DNA of 64,000 nt from Oculina patagonica. Taxonomy: Eukaryota. The first letter of the stretch is position 1, and every line of letters starts with the position of its first letter. Positions 1 through 13,298 of this stretch are shown here, in pieces. A program made the translations under genes and the position numbers. Below the pieces are notes generated by a model that saw nothing but the letters and a program-made list of their open reading frames with translations, made no database searches and was not told the DNA's origin. The stretch lies in assembly GCF_052425735.1 (NCBI RefSeq), contig NC_135761.1, positions 46,438,001 through 46,502,000 on the forward strand, in the 5' to 3' direction.

Positions 1-197
1 AATATTTCAATGAAAACATATTTTAGGTCTTAGGACCATTTTTGGGACGATGAAGTGAACTAGTTTGGTTTATTTATATCACTGACCGATTTTTACGGTT
101 ACACATTTTACGGCTAACAGTTAAAATTTTCCATTTTTTACGCCTAACGGCTATTTTTGGCCGTTTACGGCTAACGGTTAACCCCATTGAGACCCTC
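1..197. mobile_element. Truncated copy of the GAGGGTCTCAATGGGG-TIR MITE (full copy at 49548-49863)
   Basis: Ends in CCCCATTGAGACCCTC and carries internal ACGGCTAACGG-type repeats; opposite orientation to the 49548 copy; cut by the window edge. Confidence 0.8.
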
Positions 198-1047
198 ATA
201 TCATGGCGCCTAATCTCGTACATATGCAAATCCTAGTAAAAATGGGCAAATCCCAGTTCCCATTTTACCCCTTCAGGACACTCACCAAAGCCAGACACGA
301 AAACCTCTGAAATGCAGCAAGTAGACAAAGACGGGGAGCGTATGCCCCCAACCAAGGCAATGGTGCCATTCTTGGGGTTTTGGGGTATCCTAATTTAACA
401 TACTCAGTTGCCGGAGTTTAGCCTGCAGTTTTGGTTACCATTTGCACCATAATGGCTTAAAACACCAACTTAGTATGTCTGGCATTGTTTGACCGCCAGT
501 TTGATTTCAGAAGTTTCTGACTAAGCAGCAATTTTACTTACAATAGACAAATATCACACAGAAATCGTATGTTCAGTTTTATATTCTGAAGAAAAAAGCA
601 AAAATTAGGTACGAGGTTCAGTCTTGTCTTTGAAAAGGGGTTTAGCGAAATGTTCATCCGTCAGTCCGTCCACTAATCACACAATTGCTCAATCAACTGT
701 CTTTATTAAATCGCCTTATCCCCGTTTTGTACAGCTCACAATATATACAATCTGCATTTGTGCTTTCTTGACAAGCAAAAAAATTTCCTTCAATCTTCAG
801 TAAAAAAAGCCCTTTACAGCAATGATCACAACATTCAAAGTAAATTTTGATGTTTTCCAGCAAGGTCTATTAGCCAGAATGAAGTAGGTTGCTTATTAGA
901 TGGTTTTACCCAGGACATAGAATTGCTCAACAAAGCAACCATTACAAGTTCAGTTCTCAAACGTGACAGCATGCAGATCATTCATGCCGTGGCTCATCAC
1001 AGTACTGTTATGATAGCATTATTCCAGTCACAGCGACTGAGCAGAGA

Positions 1048-4000
1048 TTATTTCCAGTTGTCATAGGGTGTATGTTTTTTCAATGTAGCATTTATTTCAG
1101 CTTGAGTCCAACTTGAGGATCTCCTGGATCTGCCCATCTCCAGCTGGAAGAATAAAAATAAAATATAGGACTTAATTATCGTTAATAATTATGATTATTG
1201 TTGTTAAAAACTGGAGCACTGAATAATGTATTTCCAGAGTCTTCATTTTTGGGTTTTTTTTTTTTTTTTTTTTTTGTTTTTTTTTTTTTTTTTTTCTTTT
1301 GCTTAGCAGGCCATATTATATTAGCCTGTGTAGCTGGCAGTTTTGTTGGGGTTTAAAATGGGCACAAGAAAGCATAGAAGCCGCGAGAGGCTCCTCCTCC
1401 CCAAGCATCCTCAAGTCTTTGCCGCTCGTTGTCAAGCTTCGCAGCTTGCTTGTGTGCATTTTAAACCCCAACAAAACCACCAGCTACACAGACTAAGCAG
1501 CCATTTGGATAACAGTTGTTGTAATCTGCACATGGTATTAAATCCTTGCACTCATGTTTCAGGGAAAATGCAATTCTTTTTCTACATAGCCAATCAGCAT
1601 TCAGAAATGTTTTTCAAGTACCTTGTATAATTCTTATGAGACAAGTTGGTTGGTTATAATAATTTTTACTGAAAAGGGGCTGTCCTAGTAATGTGTTTAA
1701 GAAAGTCTTCCACCGAGAAAATAAAAAGCAGTGCAAAAAACTTTTCCTCAAAAATACTCCCAATGAAAGTTTGTTTTATCTTCATGCCTTCTACTAAATA
1801 CAGTCGACTCCTGATATAAACTCAAAGCTTCAAGGGAAATTGAAAAAGGTTCGAGTTATCAGGAGTTTGAGTTACCGGTATCAGAAGTTGAGAATAAATG
1901 ACCAGAAATAAGGAAAATAATGGTTGTTACTGTTTTCCTGTTCATACAATGTACATTTTAAACAAATTTAGAGAATAGAGAAGCCATGAGAAAATGGAAC
2001 AGTACATTTTTAAATTGCTGTATGAATCAGAACGTAAAGCAATGTGAAAGAAAACAAAGCAAAGCAGCAGGAGAAGTTCGGGTACTGCGAACTTTGCAGG
2101 TTTCAAAGAGAACAACGTCGGGCTACTGGTACATAGTTTATGCGGTTACTTTCAATATGCACTGACGCTTCTCAACTAATCTTTTACTATCGATTATCCT
2201 TGAAAGTTTTCTAAGGTTGGATTTGAAAGAATGGGTATCAACCTCCACCAACAAACTATAGCCCCCATTCTATCAGGAGTAGAAACTGGGAAAAAGATTC
2301 AAACCTCCTTGTGCCATTTCTCTAGCAATGGAAGCTTCATGCACACCTAATTTGAAAGTCACAACTTGAATTTTGAGGCCAATCAATTTTGTCCATTTGA
2401 CAGGTGGTATCTCATATAGCCCCCTACCCCTACACTGACGTCCCCTGTTTTATGAGTCAAATGAGTCTATGAGTCATGAGTCAAGCTGATTTTTACACAA
2501 AGTAGGAAATTATCTATTGAACAATTGTTTACCTTTTTACAAGTAAGCTTACAAGCACTTCACATTGCTTACGTTTAATAGTTCTACTCGGGTTTGCTTG
2601 CAGTTAGTTGCACTCCTGTTTGCTTGCAGTTAGTTCCACTCCGGTTTGCTTGCGGTTAGTTCCACTTCGGTTTGCTTGCGGTTAGTTCCACTCCGGTTTG
2701 CTTGCGGTTAGTTCCACTCTGGTTTGCTTGCGGTTAGCTTTAATTTGTTAGTAAGGGTAGCACTATTTTTAAATTTGACTCATTGACTCATTGACTCACG
2801 ACTCATTGACTCATTGACTCATTTGACTCATAAAAACTTTATTCTCCCTACACTACTTGTTACATGTATGACCACTTTCCTAAACTTCACACTTGACTTT
2901 TGAGATTCCCCTCCCCCTTGGAATTTTCTTTGGAATGAGCTTATGTGTGGTGGGTACAGATATTTTCTGGGCCACTTGATACAATGTACTTTAAACTGAA
3001 TAATTACCTGTTTTGAAACACAATCCATAAATAGATTTACTTCTTTTGTGCATCGGGAGTCTTCAAATCCATTGCTCTTCCAGCATGCCATGAGGTTTGT
3101 CATTTCATTTACACATTGTGCCTCTAACCCAAGAAAAAATAAATCAGCACCCTCATAATCATACACTATACAATTAGTGCACCTTCAATAACAAATGAAC
3201 TCTGCTCAATCAGCAGTGACATTTTTCACTGCCATTAATCATCTAAGTGGATCTCTCAGGAAATGGAAGTTCAAAAGGTCATGTCGGTCTGTCTTGATTG
3301 TTAGATTTCAATCCATTTAGTTTGTTTCTTTTTAGGCGAGGACGTAGTCTCAAGCCTAATGTTATCATGTTAGTATAGAGCGATTTTGGATTCTTCGTGT
3401 TAAGATGGGCGATGTGATGATTCGAGTATATACATTTATTTTTGTAGGCTATGATAACCAGTAAAAGATTTAAGAAGATATAATGTACATGTAGAAAGAT
3501 GTGTTTCAGAAAAAAGAAAAAAATTTATTGAATTAAGTAACTACTTATGTTGCATTAAATTGTTGAAGTTAATCAGTCTTGGTGTCTAAACAGCTATTCT
3601 CAGTTCTTTGTCTGGAATTTTTAACATACTGAATTGCTTAACTGGAACGTCCTCGCCTTAGTATGCATTGCATTATACCGGTTATTTGAATGGCAGTAGC
3701 AGCAAAAACAATCATTAGTTGGGTATTTGAACTTCAGCGGTCACATATGACTGAACGACGCAGTAAAATTCACTTCATTTCTCTTTCTGTTTCAAAACAA
3801 GGATACCGGTAACAATAAAGTTGAACCTTTCGTAACAGACATTTCCCATGAGAAGCCCAATATTTTATGCTATTACATTTTGAACCTCTATTAAGCATTA
3901 GAGGAGGTTTGATTTGGTTTCATTTATTTTTAAGATGTGTCTCGACATAGAAATTTCTATTCAAAGTAATGAGTTAGGATGTAAGAGGGGGATAAACTAA

Positions 4001-5435
4001 GCAAGCATTATATATAAGCATTGTTAACAAGTATCGTAACTATTATTTTATTAAGTATCTGTATTGTATTTTAAGTTCAGTTCTGTAAGTAACAACATTG
4101 TATGTAGCCGTCTTTTTCTTTTCCTTTTTTGTTTGCAATAAACCATTAAAAAAAAAAAATAATGTAAGAGGGGGATGAATTGGGGTACGCAAATCTGCCG
4201 ATCCGTGTTATTTTTTAGCCAAATCCACCAATCTGCCACAATTTTCTTTCAAATCCGAATCTTCATTTCTTGAAAACTTTGTGTGGTATAGTTTCACTGC
4301 AATGGATAGTAGATGCTGTTTACACCAATTTTGTAAAGTTTCATTTCATTGCTTGTTTTTGTGACAGTTCTGCCAATATACTGACGAATGCTGGCCGAAG
4401 TGATCAGAACTTTGTTTAGTATCCAAAATCCAAACTTCCTGACCTGAAGAGTCCAGAATCCAGGGCCAAAGTTCTCAGCTTATCCGCGATCCACTGTATT
4501 CTCGAAATCTGCAAATCCGCTCAAATATGCATCACAAAAATCCATAATCTGTGCGCTTTTTAAGGCCAAATCCGTTGATCCGCGAAGCTATTCATCTCCC
4601 ACATGTATAAATGTTCAACCATCTAGTATACCTGCCAACTTTTTCTGGGTCAAAGGCGTGAGATTTTTATCCTGAGAGTGCCAGGATTTCCGAAGACGAT
4701 ACGACAATATTCGAAGTTTTCCGAAGATGTCCGAAGTATTCCAAAGACGTTCCGAACATATCCCGATCCCAGTGCATGGACGTGTTTTGCTAAACACGAC
4801 CTCGTTTACTCATTTTACATGGAGTTTTCGTTCCTCACATTGGTTTGTGTTTACATTTTATTGGAAAGTGTGTCTTTTGTGGTTGTAATAACTCACATTT
4901 TTCGACTAGGCGTGAGAAATTGGTTCTTAAGCGTGAGTTGGCGTGAGATCGAAGTTTTCAACTCGCAGGCGTGAGAGTTGGCAGGTATAATCTAGTCAAA
5001 GTAAAGTTTCACTAGCTGAAAAGCAATGCCCTCCCATAGAAACAGTGCTTCAGATAGAAAAAAGCAACAAGTTTGCAAGTAGATTGAAAATCAAAACTTT
5101 TCATGAGATTGCCATATCGCTCATTAGAGGCTTTACTAAATCAGTTTGTCAGCCAATTTTAAAACACTCTTTTAAACACCGCTTACAATCCCCCGCCCGA
5201 GCTTCCTCAGTCGTCTTACAAAGTTGCATAAGCCCAGGAATTATATCCGGCATTTTTCGGTACTCGAAATCATAGAAAGACACACGTGAAGCAAATGAGA
5301 CTACGTGCACTTACCTCCAACATTTTCTTTTTGAGGAAGCAAATGAGGACGAAGTTTCTTAGGAACCTTGCCTCTTTTGACTCCATAGATAAGATGGGGC
5401 TTCCTCCCTTGAGCGATAGTAGTGAGATTTACCAT
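1048..5435 (-). CDS. CHCHD1: Twin CX9C protein, CHCHD1/mS37-like mitoribosomal protein (110 aa)
   Basis: Exons 5435-5315, 3123-3008, 1143-1048 with GT-AG boundaries and consistent phases (1,0). Product MVNLTTIAQGRKPHLIYGVKRGK...EAQCVNEMTNLMACWKSNGFEDSRCTKEVNLFMDCVSKQLEMGRSRRSSSWTQAEINATLKKH..*: basic N-terminus plus CX9C-X10-CX9C. AATAAA on the minus strand near 702-707. Confidence 0.75.
2448..2837. repeat. Element with inverted TGAGTCA-rich ends and an internal 26-bp minisatellite
   Basis: Left end TTTTATGAGTCAAATGAGTC..., right end ...GACTCATTTGACTCATAAAA; about 5.7 copies of GGTTTGCTTGCGGTTAGTTCCACTCC at 2591-2737. Lies in CHCHD1 intron 2. Confidence 0.75.
3335..3657. mobile_element. PIF/Harbinger-type MITE
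   Basis: TIR GGCGAGGACGT/ACGTCCTCGCC flanked by TTA on both sides. Confidence 0.65.
4627..4989. mobile_element. MITE with 6-bp TSD
   Basis: TIR TATACCTGCCAACT/AGTTGGCAGGTATA; ATCTAG duplicated at 4621-4626 and 4990-4995. Confidence 0.8.
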
Positions 5436-5765
5436 ATTTGCGCACAAAACTCGCCAAATTATCCAACAAGAACAAGGCGCACAAGTTGGTCAGTCCGCCA
5501 TGTTGGGTTCTTGTGGCGTCCAGACTCCTCCGTCCGTGTACATCCTGGTACCCAGAGCCGCTCATTCTCTGAGCTGTCCGACCCTGATTCCGTCCCGCGC
5601 GTTCAATCTACCAAGTACCAGAAGCCGCTCTCTGACCTCTCTCGTTCCTCAGATCACACGCTGATCAATTACAAAATAATCTTTGTAAATTGGACAGAAA
5701 AAACGAAGTCAAATTTGAATTGAGAAGTTTTTATTATTGTTTCTCATTTAACACTGGCACAGATA

Positions 5766-6764
5766 CAGTCTGTTGCCCAGTTTCCGGCCGGTACCAGTTT
5801 CCGGCCAAAAAATACATTCGTCGGTTATTTTCGTAGTTATCTTTTATTTCCGTCCACCGAAGCTTTCCTACAGAAAAAGGAACATTTCCGCTACAAATTG
5901 ATGGTTCTGGCAGGCTTTTTGGTCAAGAAACGGACGAGCAAGGTCGAGCTTTGTTTACGCGAGTAAACGTTAGGCGACTAATTTTTTGCGCTTTTCACTG
6001 CACATCAAAGCTACCGTACATAAACAAAGAGCTCATTTCGTAGGAAACTTTTCGAGAAGCTTCGTAATTTTTTGACAGAATTTAGATTAAAGATGAAAGT
6101 GATTAGGGGTTCTGTCATCACAAGCCAGAATTCAGCTGTTTCTGAATTTCAGAAGTCAGAGTTTTAACAAAGATTTGGACTCGCTGTGCCAGTTTCCGGC
6201 CACCAAGTAGCACATTGTTCAAAAGCATTTTTATTAAGTGAAATAACTGAATTTTAGTATCTCCTGCTCGAGAAATTTATGAAATGAAAATCTAGCAAAG
6301 AGTACAAAAGCGGCTAAAGCAAACATAGCGTGATAAACTACAACATTTATATGTATACACTGCCAATGCATCCTTATAAGCGAAAGAAAAGGTTACGGGT
6401 CATTGACGAGAAAATATTCCATAAAACAGCAGGCGAGAAAGCAAATTCGAATAAACTGATATTGAAACTTACTTTTCGTTTGCCAAGAGACTTACAAGTC
6501 GGTTTAAGTCGAGCGGTTGTAGGGAAAAATGTGTTTTAGTTCGACGGCCGGAAACTGGACCACCTGGCCGGAAACTGGGCAACTTACTAGTTCTGCAAAA
6601 AATGGCATAATTTCTTTAATACTTGTCGTGCACAGCCAATTTTTGTACATTTTTAAGGTAAGTAAATGAACTGTCTTTGAACAAAAAATGAGTAACTTTC
6701 CGTGCATAAACGAGAAGTTATAGCGATTACAAACTAAAGTGGCCGGAAACTGGGCAAGAGACTG
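5766..6764. mobile_element. Tc1/mariner-type non-autonomous element (~1 kb)
   Basis: TA|CAGTCTGTTGCCCAGTTTCCGGCC ... GGCCGGAAACTGGGCAAGAGACTG|TA, with internal CCAGTTTCCGGCC repeats; no transposase ORF. Confidence 0.8.
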
Positions 6765-7371
6765 TAACGTTCCGTACGGAAGCAATTTTGTTTCCCGAGA
6801 AGCAAAAAAGTGTTTCCAAATATTTCGAGAAACATCATACTTCTGCAGAAAATGTTTCCACGTATGCGCGCCAAGGAAATAAACTTTGTTTGTAGGGAAC
6901 GTAAGACAGTTCTTTTCGTCCGTTAGCACTTTTGTCAGTCAGGAGGTTTGACAAGGTTTGTACAAAATATTTTACAAGTAAAATTATCAGTCCGTACGTA
7001 TTCCGAAGTATTAAAAATGTAATTTAGAGTTAATAAACGTTGCTTTGAGCTCTTATCATTTTCTGGTAGCATGAAATGTAAGCCGACTCCACATTTCTTT
7101 CCAGTTTTCTCTTTACTGTATTTTTTTTTGATTGCGTGACATAAACTGCTGAGCTCGTTTCAGTTACATGTCCGATTTCAGCTCTTTGCCACGTGCATGG
7201 TCAGTAATAGACGTATAACTGTTTCAGTTTATTCCTTCATTGATCACAACGCGTTTGTAACTTCCTGTTGTGTATTATTTTGGACTGAGGTAGGCAATTT
7301 TTATAATATTTTTTTCCCATAAACGCTGCGCTTTCAAAGTTATTCCTGCTTGTCTTTATTCTGATTTGTCT

Positions 7372-8218
7372 CCCGGGGTATCCAATCGAACGTTCGGTAA
7401 TCGAACTCAATCGAACACCAATCGTTCGATTGGGTTCGGTAATCGAACATAATCGAACTCACAATAAAATTTGGTCAATCAAACTCAATCGAACGTTCGA
7501 TTACTGAACAGTGAACAATCGAACTCAATCGAACGTTCGATTACCGAACAACCAACAATCGAACTCAATCGATTGTTCGATTAACGAACTCTTGTTTGTT
7601 TATGCTGTGTACATATTGCACGGTGCACCATTCCCCTAATCCTTTTTTGGCGATTCGCCATACCCGGGATAGGACGATTGTCTGCACAATAGCCACGGAC
7701 ACACCAGTCTGCCACGTGGTTGGGAGAAATTTTGTAACACATGTGTGTTCTTCACATATTGAACACAACTGCCTGTGTTGCAGTGAATAAAATGGTGCAA
7801 CTTCTGTTTGAGTGTAACGGTTAAAAGCAGGGCAGAAACCATATCCTTCCTTCTAATATAGAAATGTAAACAATAGTGCATTTCAGTTCTTTTACCGTCG
7901 TTTTGTTCTCTTCTACCAAATATATTTTACTAAACATTGACATTCAGTTCGATATTTGGACGTTTTTATATTTATGCCATTCAATAAAAGTTGATTTTGA
8001 TTAGTCCTGCGTGATTTACTTATCAAGAGAAAGATTCCGAACAAAATCGAACCCGATTGAGTTCGACTGTGTTCGATTATGTTCGATTGGTTCGGAAATC
8101 GAACTCACAGCGAAATAGATGTTCGATTTTGTTCGACTACCGAACCCAATCGAACGATTGGTGTTCGATTGGGTTCGATTGATTTTCGGTTCGATTTTGT
8201 TCGATTGGATACCCCGGG
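7372..8218. mobile_element. MITE with AATCGAAC subterminal repeat arrays
   Basis: TIR CCCGGGGTATCCAATCGAAC/GTTCGATTGGATACCCCGGG; TTTGTCT on both flanks; shorter copy at 33276-33731. Confidence 0.85.
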
Positions 8219-8460
8219 TTTGTCTTCACGGCTGAAATCGGTCACGGTTTAGCACTATACTACGTTACTAGCCCGGGTTACTAGTATAACACCTTAGCCT
8301 ACACATTTTTTTATTTTATTTTGTTTGTCATTTAACTGAAACTCGCTGTATGTCCTTGGTTAGGATTTTGCAATGATTTTGTGTAGGTGTAGGGATTTAT
8401 TGTTTATGTAGGTAATTTGGCGAGTCCCCCTTCCCTCCCCCCACTTCGCCTAACCGGCCT

Positions 8461-8764
8461 TAGCCTGTTCCAGGCGTTCGGTTAGTTAACTAACCGAACG
8501 CCTGGAACAGGCCAAACCGGCCTCAATTCTATTTAAGATCCCCCTTGCCCATATCACACCATATCATGTGCAAGTCATTTAACTAACCGAACGCCTGGAA
8601 CAGGCCAAACCGGCCTCAATTCTATTTAAGATCCCCCTTGCCCATATCACACCATATCATGTGCAAGTCATTTAACTAACCGAACGCCTGGAACAGGCTA
8701 AACCGGCCTCAATTCTATTTAAGATCCCCCTTGCCCATATCACACCATATCATGTGCAAGTCAT
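8461..8764. repeat. Palindromic mini-MITE plus ~93-bp tandem triplication starting at its centre
   Basis: Palindrome TAGCCTGTTCCAGGCGTTCGGTTAGTT|AACTAACCGAACGCCTGGAACAGGC with AACCGGCCT TSD; repeat units begin near 8488, 8581 and 8674. Confidence 0.85.
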
Positions 8765-8926
8765 GTGAAGAATATTGCTCAACACCTTTTCTTAAAATTA
8801 AAACAAAGCGCAGTTCAGAATAAATTTAAGCGCAGTTCAGAATAAATTTAACAGTACTAGCAGTTTACACTCCTCCGAGTGCAACTCTTCTTATAAGCAA
8901 AATATTTATCGTAACAGATTGGTATC

Positions 8927-10895
8927 ATGGAGAACTTGAACAGTTTATCGCGGCCGGAGTCCGTCACGCCAGCTCTACATGGCGAGATTAGCGCACATGT
9001 GTCAGAAGCGGAATTGATAGTGAATCCGCGGCAGTCGCTGGTCGACGAAAAGATCAACATCAGTGTTAACGGACTTTCACCCAGGCAGCCCATCACTTTA
9101 ACAGCAAAGTTGGTCGGGGATTCGAAAGAGGAGTTTGAATCCTACGGACATTTTGTCGCGGACGAAGCAGGAAGAGTTTGCGTAGCGGAATGTCCCAGTC
9201 TGTTTGGGACGTACACCGGCGTTGAACCCATGGGATTGTTATGGAGTATGCAGCTTTCACCTGGACAGCGAAAAGGCCAGAGGCTCAGCAAGAAAGATGT
9301 CACGAAGCCGTACTGTATCGACCTACAGTTGTTTGACGGCCATGTTGAAGATGTTACCAATAGTGAGGATCTGCAGCCGATGACTAGCGTGACATTTGAG
9401 AAGTGGTACATGGCGGACGGAGTGAGAAGAATTCCGGTTAGGGACGGGAGGGTGCGTGGCACTTTGTTCATACCTCCGGGAAAAGGGCCTTTTCCAGGTA
9501 AGTTGAAGCTTCTTTAGGGACTAGTTTTAGCGTAGCGCAGAGTTAACATAGCGTTGTGGGGGTGGGGTTGTGGGTCATGTTGGAACGTCAAAGACCCGTG
9601 AGCGCGGTAGAAGCGTTGCGTGACGGCCTAAATAGCCTTTTGTGCCAGCCTTATACAGTGACTAAACGTTTCCTTGACTCTTACGACAATAGCGGTTTTA
9701 CCAATACTCCAAAACACTACTTCCAAAACAATGGTTCAGTCAGGGAATGGGGAACAAAACATTTTTGAGGGGATGGCCTGACTACACAAAAGGTTTCCCA
9801 GTAATGACCAAGAACTCAAATTTCATCGTCAAAGCTATTAATAACAAATTTTGTAAAATGTGAGGTTAAGCGAAACGCTAACGGTAAATAGAAGTGCCCA
9901 CCTACAGCCATGGATCGAAAACAATGTGGGAAGGAAGCATTTTGTTTCGTTTACCCTTCGGAGGTTGTGGCTAACTACCTTCCTGCTTCGTTACCGAGAC
10001 GAAGCCTGGGTAGGGAGGTAGAAATGAATCGAGTTTATACCCCTCTCCCTTGCTCCTCTCAGGCTTGTTTACACGTAATGACATTGCGCATCTCCACTTC
10101 TCAGGTGTTATAGATTTGTTTGGCACAGCAGGAGGATTGATCGAGTTCAAAGCTTCCCTTCTTGCCTCTCGTGGGTTTGCAGCTTTGGCTCTAGCATACT
10201 TCGCGTACGAAGACCTACCCAAGATGCCGACAGAAGTAGAACTGGAATACTTTTTCGAGGCCTGTGATTGGATGCTCGCGCACCCCGACGTCATGTCACG
10301 TGGCCTGGGTTTGATGGGTGTTTCCAAAGGCTCGGAGATGGCTCTTACAGTCGCAGCACTTAGAAAAGAAATAACCGCAGTGGTGGCTATCTCCCCTGCG
10401 CATGCTATCGTAGGATTTCCACTGAAGTACAAAGGGAAGCCAACAGACTTTCTCAAATTTGAACCGGATCTCGTCAAACTCTCCAAAAATGGAGCGATGG
10501 TATTTAAAGAGTCATATCCCCCGGATGTGACGGACGCCCCGGGCCGTACCGCTGCTATCGAAGTGGAAAACATTCAAGGGGACATCCTACTAGTATGCGG
10601 GGCTGATGACCAAAGCTGGATGGCGGAGAAAATGGCGGGAAAAATCCAAACCAGGTTGCGTAAATACGGAAAAGGCTCTTGTTGTACGGTCCGGTGCTAT
10701 CCCAAGACGGGACATTTGATCGAGCCCCCTTATATGCCCCCGTGTCACAACTCGTATCACAAGACATACAGAATGTGCGTGGAATGGGGCGGACAACCCC
10801 AGGAGCAAGCATTGGCTCAAGAAGATTCCTGGCAGTATATTTTGAAATTTTTTGCAACCAAACTGTCACTGGCAAATCAGAAGAGTCGTTTGTAG
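8927..10895 (+). CDS. Acyl-CoA thioesterase / BAAT family protein, paralog A (453 aa, PTS1 SRL)
   Basis: Exons 8927-9497 and 10105-10895 (phase 1, GPFPG|VIDLFG). Motifs EPMGLLWSM, GVRRIPVRDGRVRGTLFIPPG, nucleophile GVSKG, GADDQSW, GHLIEPP; C-terminal -SRL. A non-coding upstream exon is possible (donor near 7290, acceptor near 8917). Confidence 0.93.
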
Positions 10896-11456
10896 ATTCT
10901 CAGTACATGATTTGCGGCATACATGAAGTTCATACACGTATGACCCTGTTTAGCTCATTGGAGTTGATGGGCAAAGAATGACGCTGACGATTTTCTAAAC
11001 TGCTCATGAACCATGTGTAATCTATCAAATTAAAGTTCCTTGGTAAAATCACAGAGGTTATGAAAAAGTTATTGTGTGATAAATGCTAGCCTACTTTGGC
11101 GGAGTTTTCTCGTTCAGTGGTAAAATAAAATGGGCGAGTCCGTACTCTTGAAAAACGGCCAGCTTAGGGAAATACTTAGTGGCAACTCAAAATTACAATC
11201 TTACCAATCAATAGTCCTCATTTAGATTTAGATTTTGGAATTTCTGTTTACTACGGTTTTTCTTAGTCCCAATATATGGCCCAAAATCATTTCGATTAAA
11301 TCAGTCTTCCGCGCAAGCCTGAGAAAACAAGGCTATTCACCAAGGGGAACCACTTGATCGTTGGATTGCGAGCTCTAGCATGTGTGATAAGCGGGGACAT
11401 TCGGGGTACAAATACTAGTAGATGTCTGCTGATGGCGAATTCACGGTATCCAACAC

Positions 11457-11557
11457 CTGACTCGTCCCCAGTCGTCTTTTGAGTCCGTCTTGAGTCGACT
11501 GCTGAACACGTTCGCTTCTTGCAAATTTCGCATAAAAGACGACTGGGGACGAGTCAG
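11457..11557. mobile_element. Small hairpin MITE with 9-bp TSD
   Basis: TIR CTGACTCGTCCCCAGTCGTCTTT/AAAGACGACTGGGGACGAGTCAG; ATCCAACAC duplicated. Confidence 0.85.
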
Positions 11558-13067
11558 ATCCAACACTGGGAAAGGAAGGACGAGTGCAAGGGGATTGGGA
11601 AGACACTTTTAGCTTCCTTCGCATTCGCAATTTTCTTCCCATGTTTTCAACGGAAACTTTAAAGACTCTTAAAAAATACTTGATTCTCGCTTTGTTGGGT
11701 GTGACTGAAATTCATGTTTGCCTCAAAAACGCACCAAGATAGTCGTAGTAAGTTAACGTATTAGTCAACTTTAAAAAGTGAATTAGCCAGCGCAGCAGGT
11801 GCCTGTGTAGTTTTTGGGAGTTTTAAAGGCGCGCGAGATTGCGAGACGGCCACGTCTCGCGCCTTTTGCATTTCCCAAATGCGTGCTCAAAAAATACACA
11901 GATTGTAGAAATCAGGGCAATTTTTATTCTCGCAATACTCGCAATAAGGTAGTGTAGCTAAATGTTAACACAAAAATTTCTAACTGTTGCCAGCAGAGTA
12001 TTTTGTTTTGTAAAACAAACTTTCTTCAGTGACGATCAGAAACACCCGAAGGGTGCTGTGATAACTACAATGTCAATCTTGCACATGAAAATGAGTTATT
12101 CGCGTTTACATGAAAATCAATCTCTTTTTAATATGAGATGTTTTGCAGTGGATCTCACTTGATTAAATTTACTGATAAAGAGCTCCTGTTTTAATCCATG
12201 ATCAGGGTACGATGAGATACCGTCACTGTCACACGAAGAGCGCCTTCACGGCCACGCCCCCACCCTCCGTCCCGGTCCGCAACTTTGTGGCAGTGCCACA
12301 AAGTTGTTTTAGAATATATCATCAGTTCATCAGTTTTTAGTATAAAACCACCATTTCGTGGCCGCCCTCAGCCACAGTAACAAGGAGCTGGTCATTGTGG
12401 GTTGGATGAATGGTGTCCGGTCGTTTCAAGACAAAGTGAATTCATATGCGATGGGGATAATGATGATTTTAATCATATATTCATCATCGCTGCCCAGCGT
12501 GATATGTCAAGTATTTTTTTGGCTCTTTTTTTTAAACCACGCGTAGTCCATGTGTTATGTTTGTTGCCGCTGTTTGTATTTTATTTCTTGTCAAATTAAA
12601 ATGGTCGAGGAACACGAGTGTTCATGAGGTTAGGGAATCTTTATGCAGCATAAACAGAGTGTACCTTTGAACATTCTTATTGGAACTCATCAGCGCGGTG
12701 TAGCGAATCTAAATGGCGCCAGCCCAAAGGCCAACGCAAATAAATTGCCCAATAACCCGTACACTGTATCAAGCTCCGTACTTTGAACTTACTTGTCCCC
12801 CGAATCACGCGCTGCCACATCACGTGTTTCGGGGGACAAGAAATTCAAAGTGTCACGATGGAGTCTCGCAAAGCAAAATAACTTAAATGTGGTAGGCACA
12901 GCCATTCCGAACATTTAAGCGCATGGACAAAACCATGCTTAATAAAAGCACAGCATATCGGATCTGAAAAGATCTACGGTCCAAAAATACCACATTTAAG
13001 TTATTTTGCTTTGCGAGACTCCATCGTGACACTTTGAATTTCTTGTCCCCCGAAACACGTGATGTGG

Positions 13068-13166
13068 TGACCTGCGATCAGGCTTTCTTTTTTTCGCGGC
13101 GGAGGGAAGGAGAAAATTTCCGTTGATCCCTCCGCCGCGAGAAAAATAACGCCTGATCGCAGGTTA
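13068..13166. mobile_element. Nested mini-MITE with 9-bp TSD
   Basis: TGACCTGCGATCAGGC...GCCTGATCGCAGGTTA; GTGATGTGG duplicated; the opposite foldback arm shows the empty site. Confidence 0.9.
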
Positions 13167-13298
13167 GTGATGTGGCAGCGCGTGATTCAAAGTACGGAAC
13201 TTGATACAGTGTACGGGCAGAAGCATATGCTTCTGGTACGGGTTATTGGGCAATTTATTTGCGTTGGCCTTTGGGCTGGCGTCATTTAGATTCGCTAC

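Noticed and set aside
2591-2737. Regular repeats superficially like a CRISPR array (also 8488-8764 and 57626-58510)
   Set aside because: Head-to-tail repeats without unique spacers, eukaryotic context, no cas genes.
5286-5723. Overlapping 68-145 aa ORFs around the CHCHD1 5' end
   Set aside because: They overlap the real exon 1 and promoter in other frames, show no family motifs and include a MITE-like end (ATCCTGGTACCCAGAGCC).
9142-10875. Antisense ORFs up to 200 aa over the ACOT exons (also over B, C and D)
   Set aside because: Shadow frames of real coding exons.
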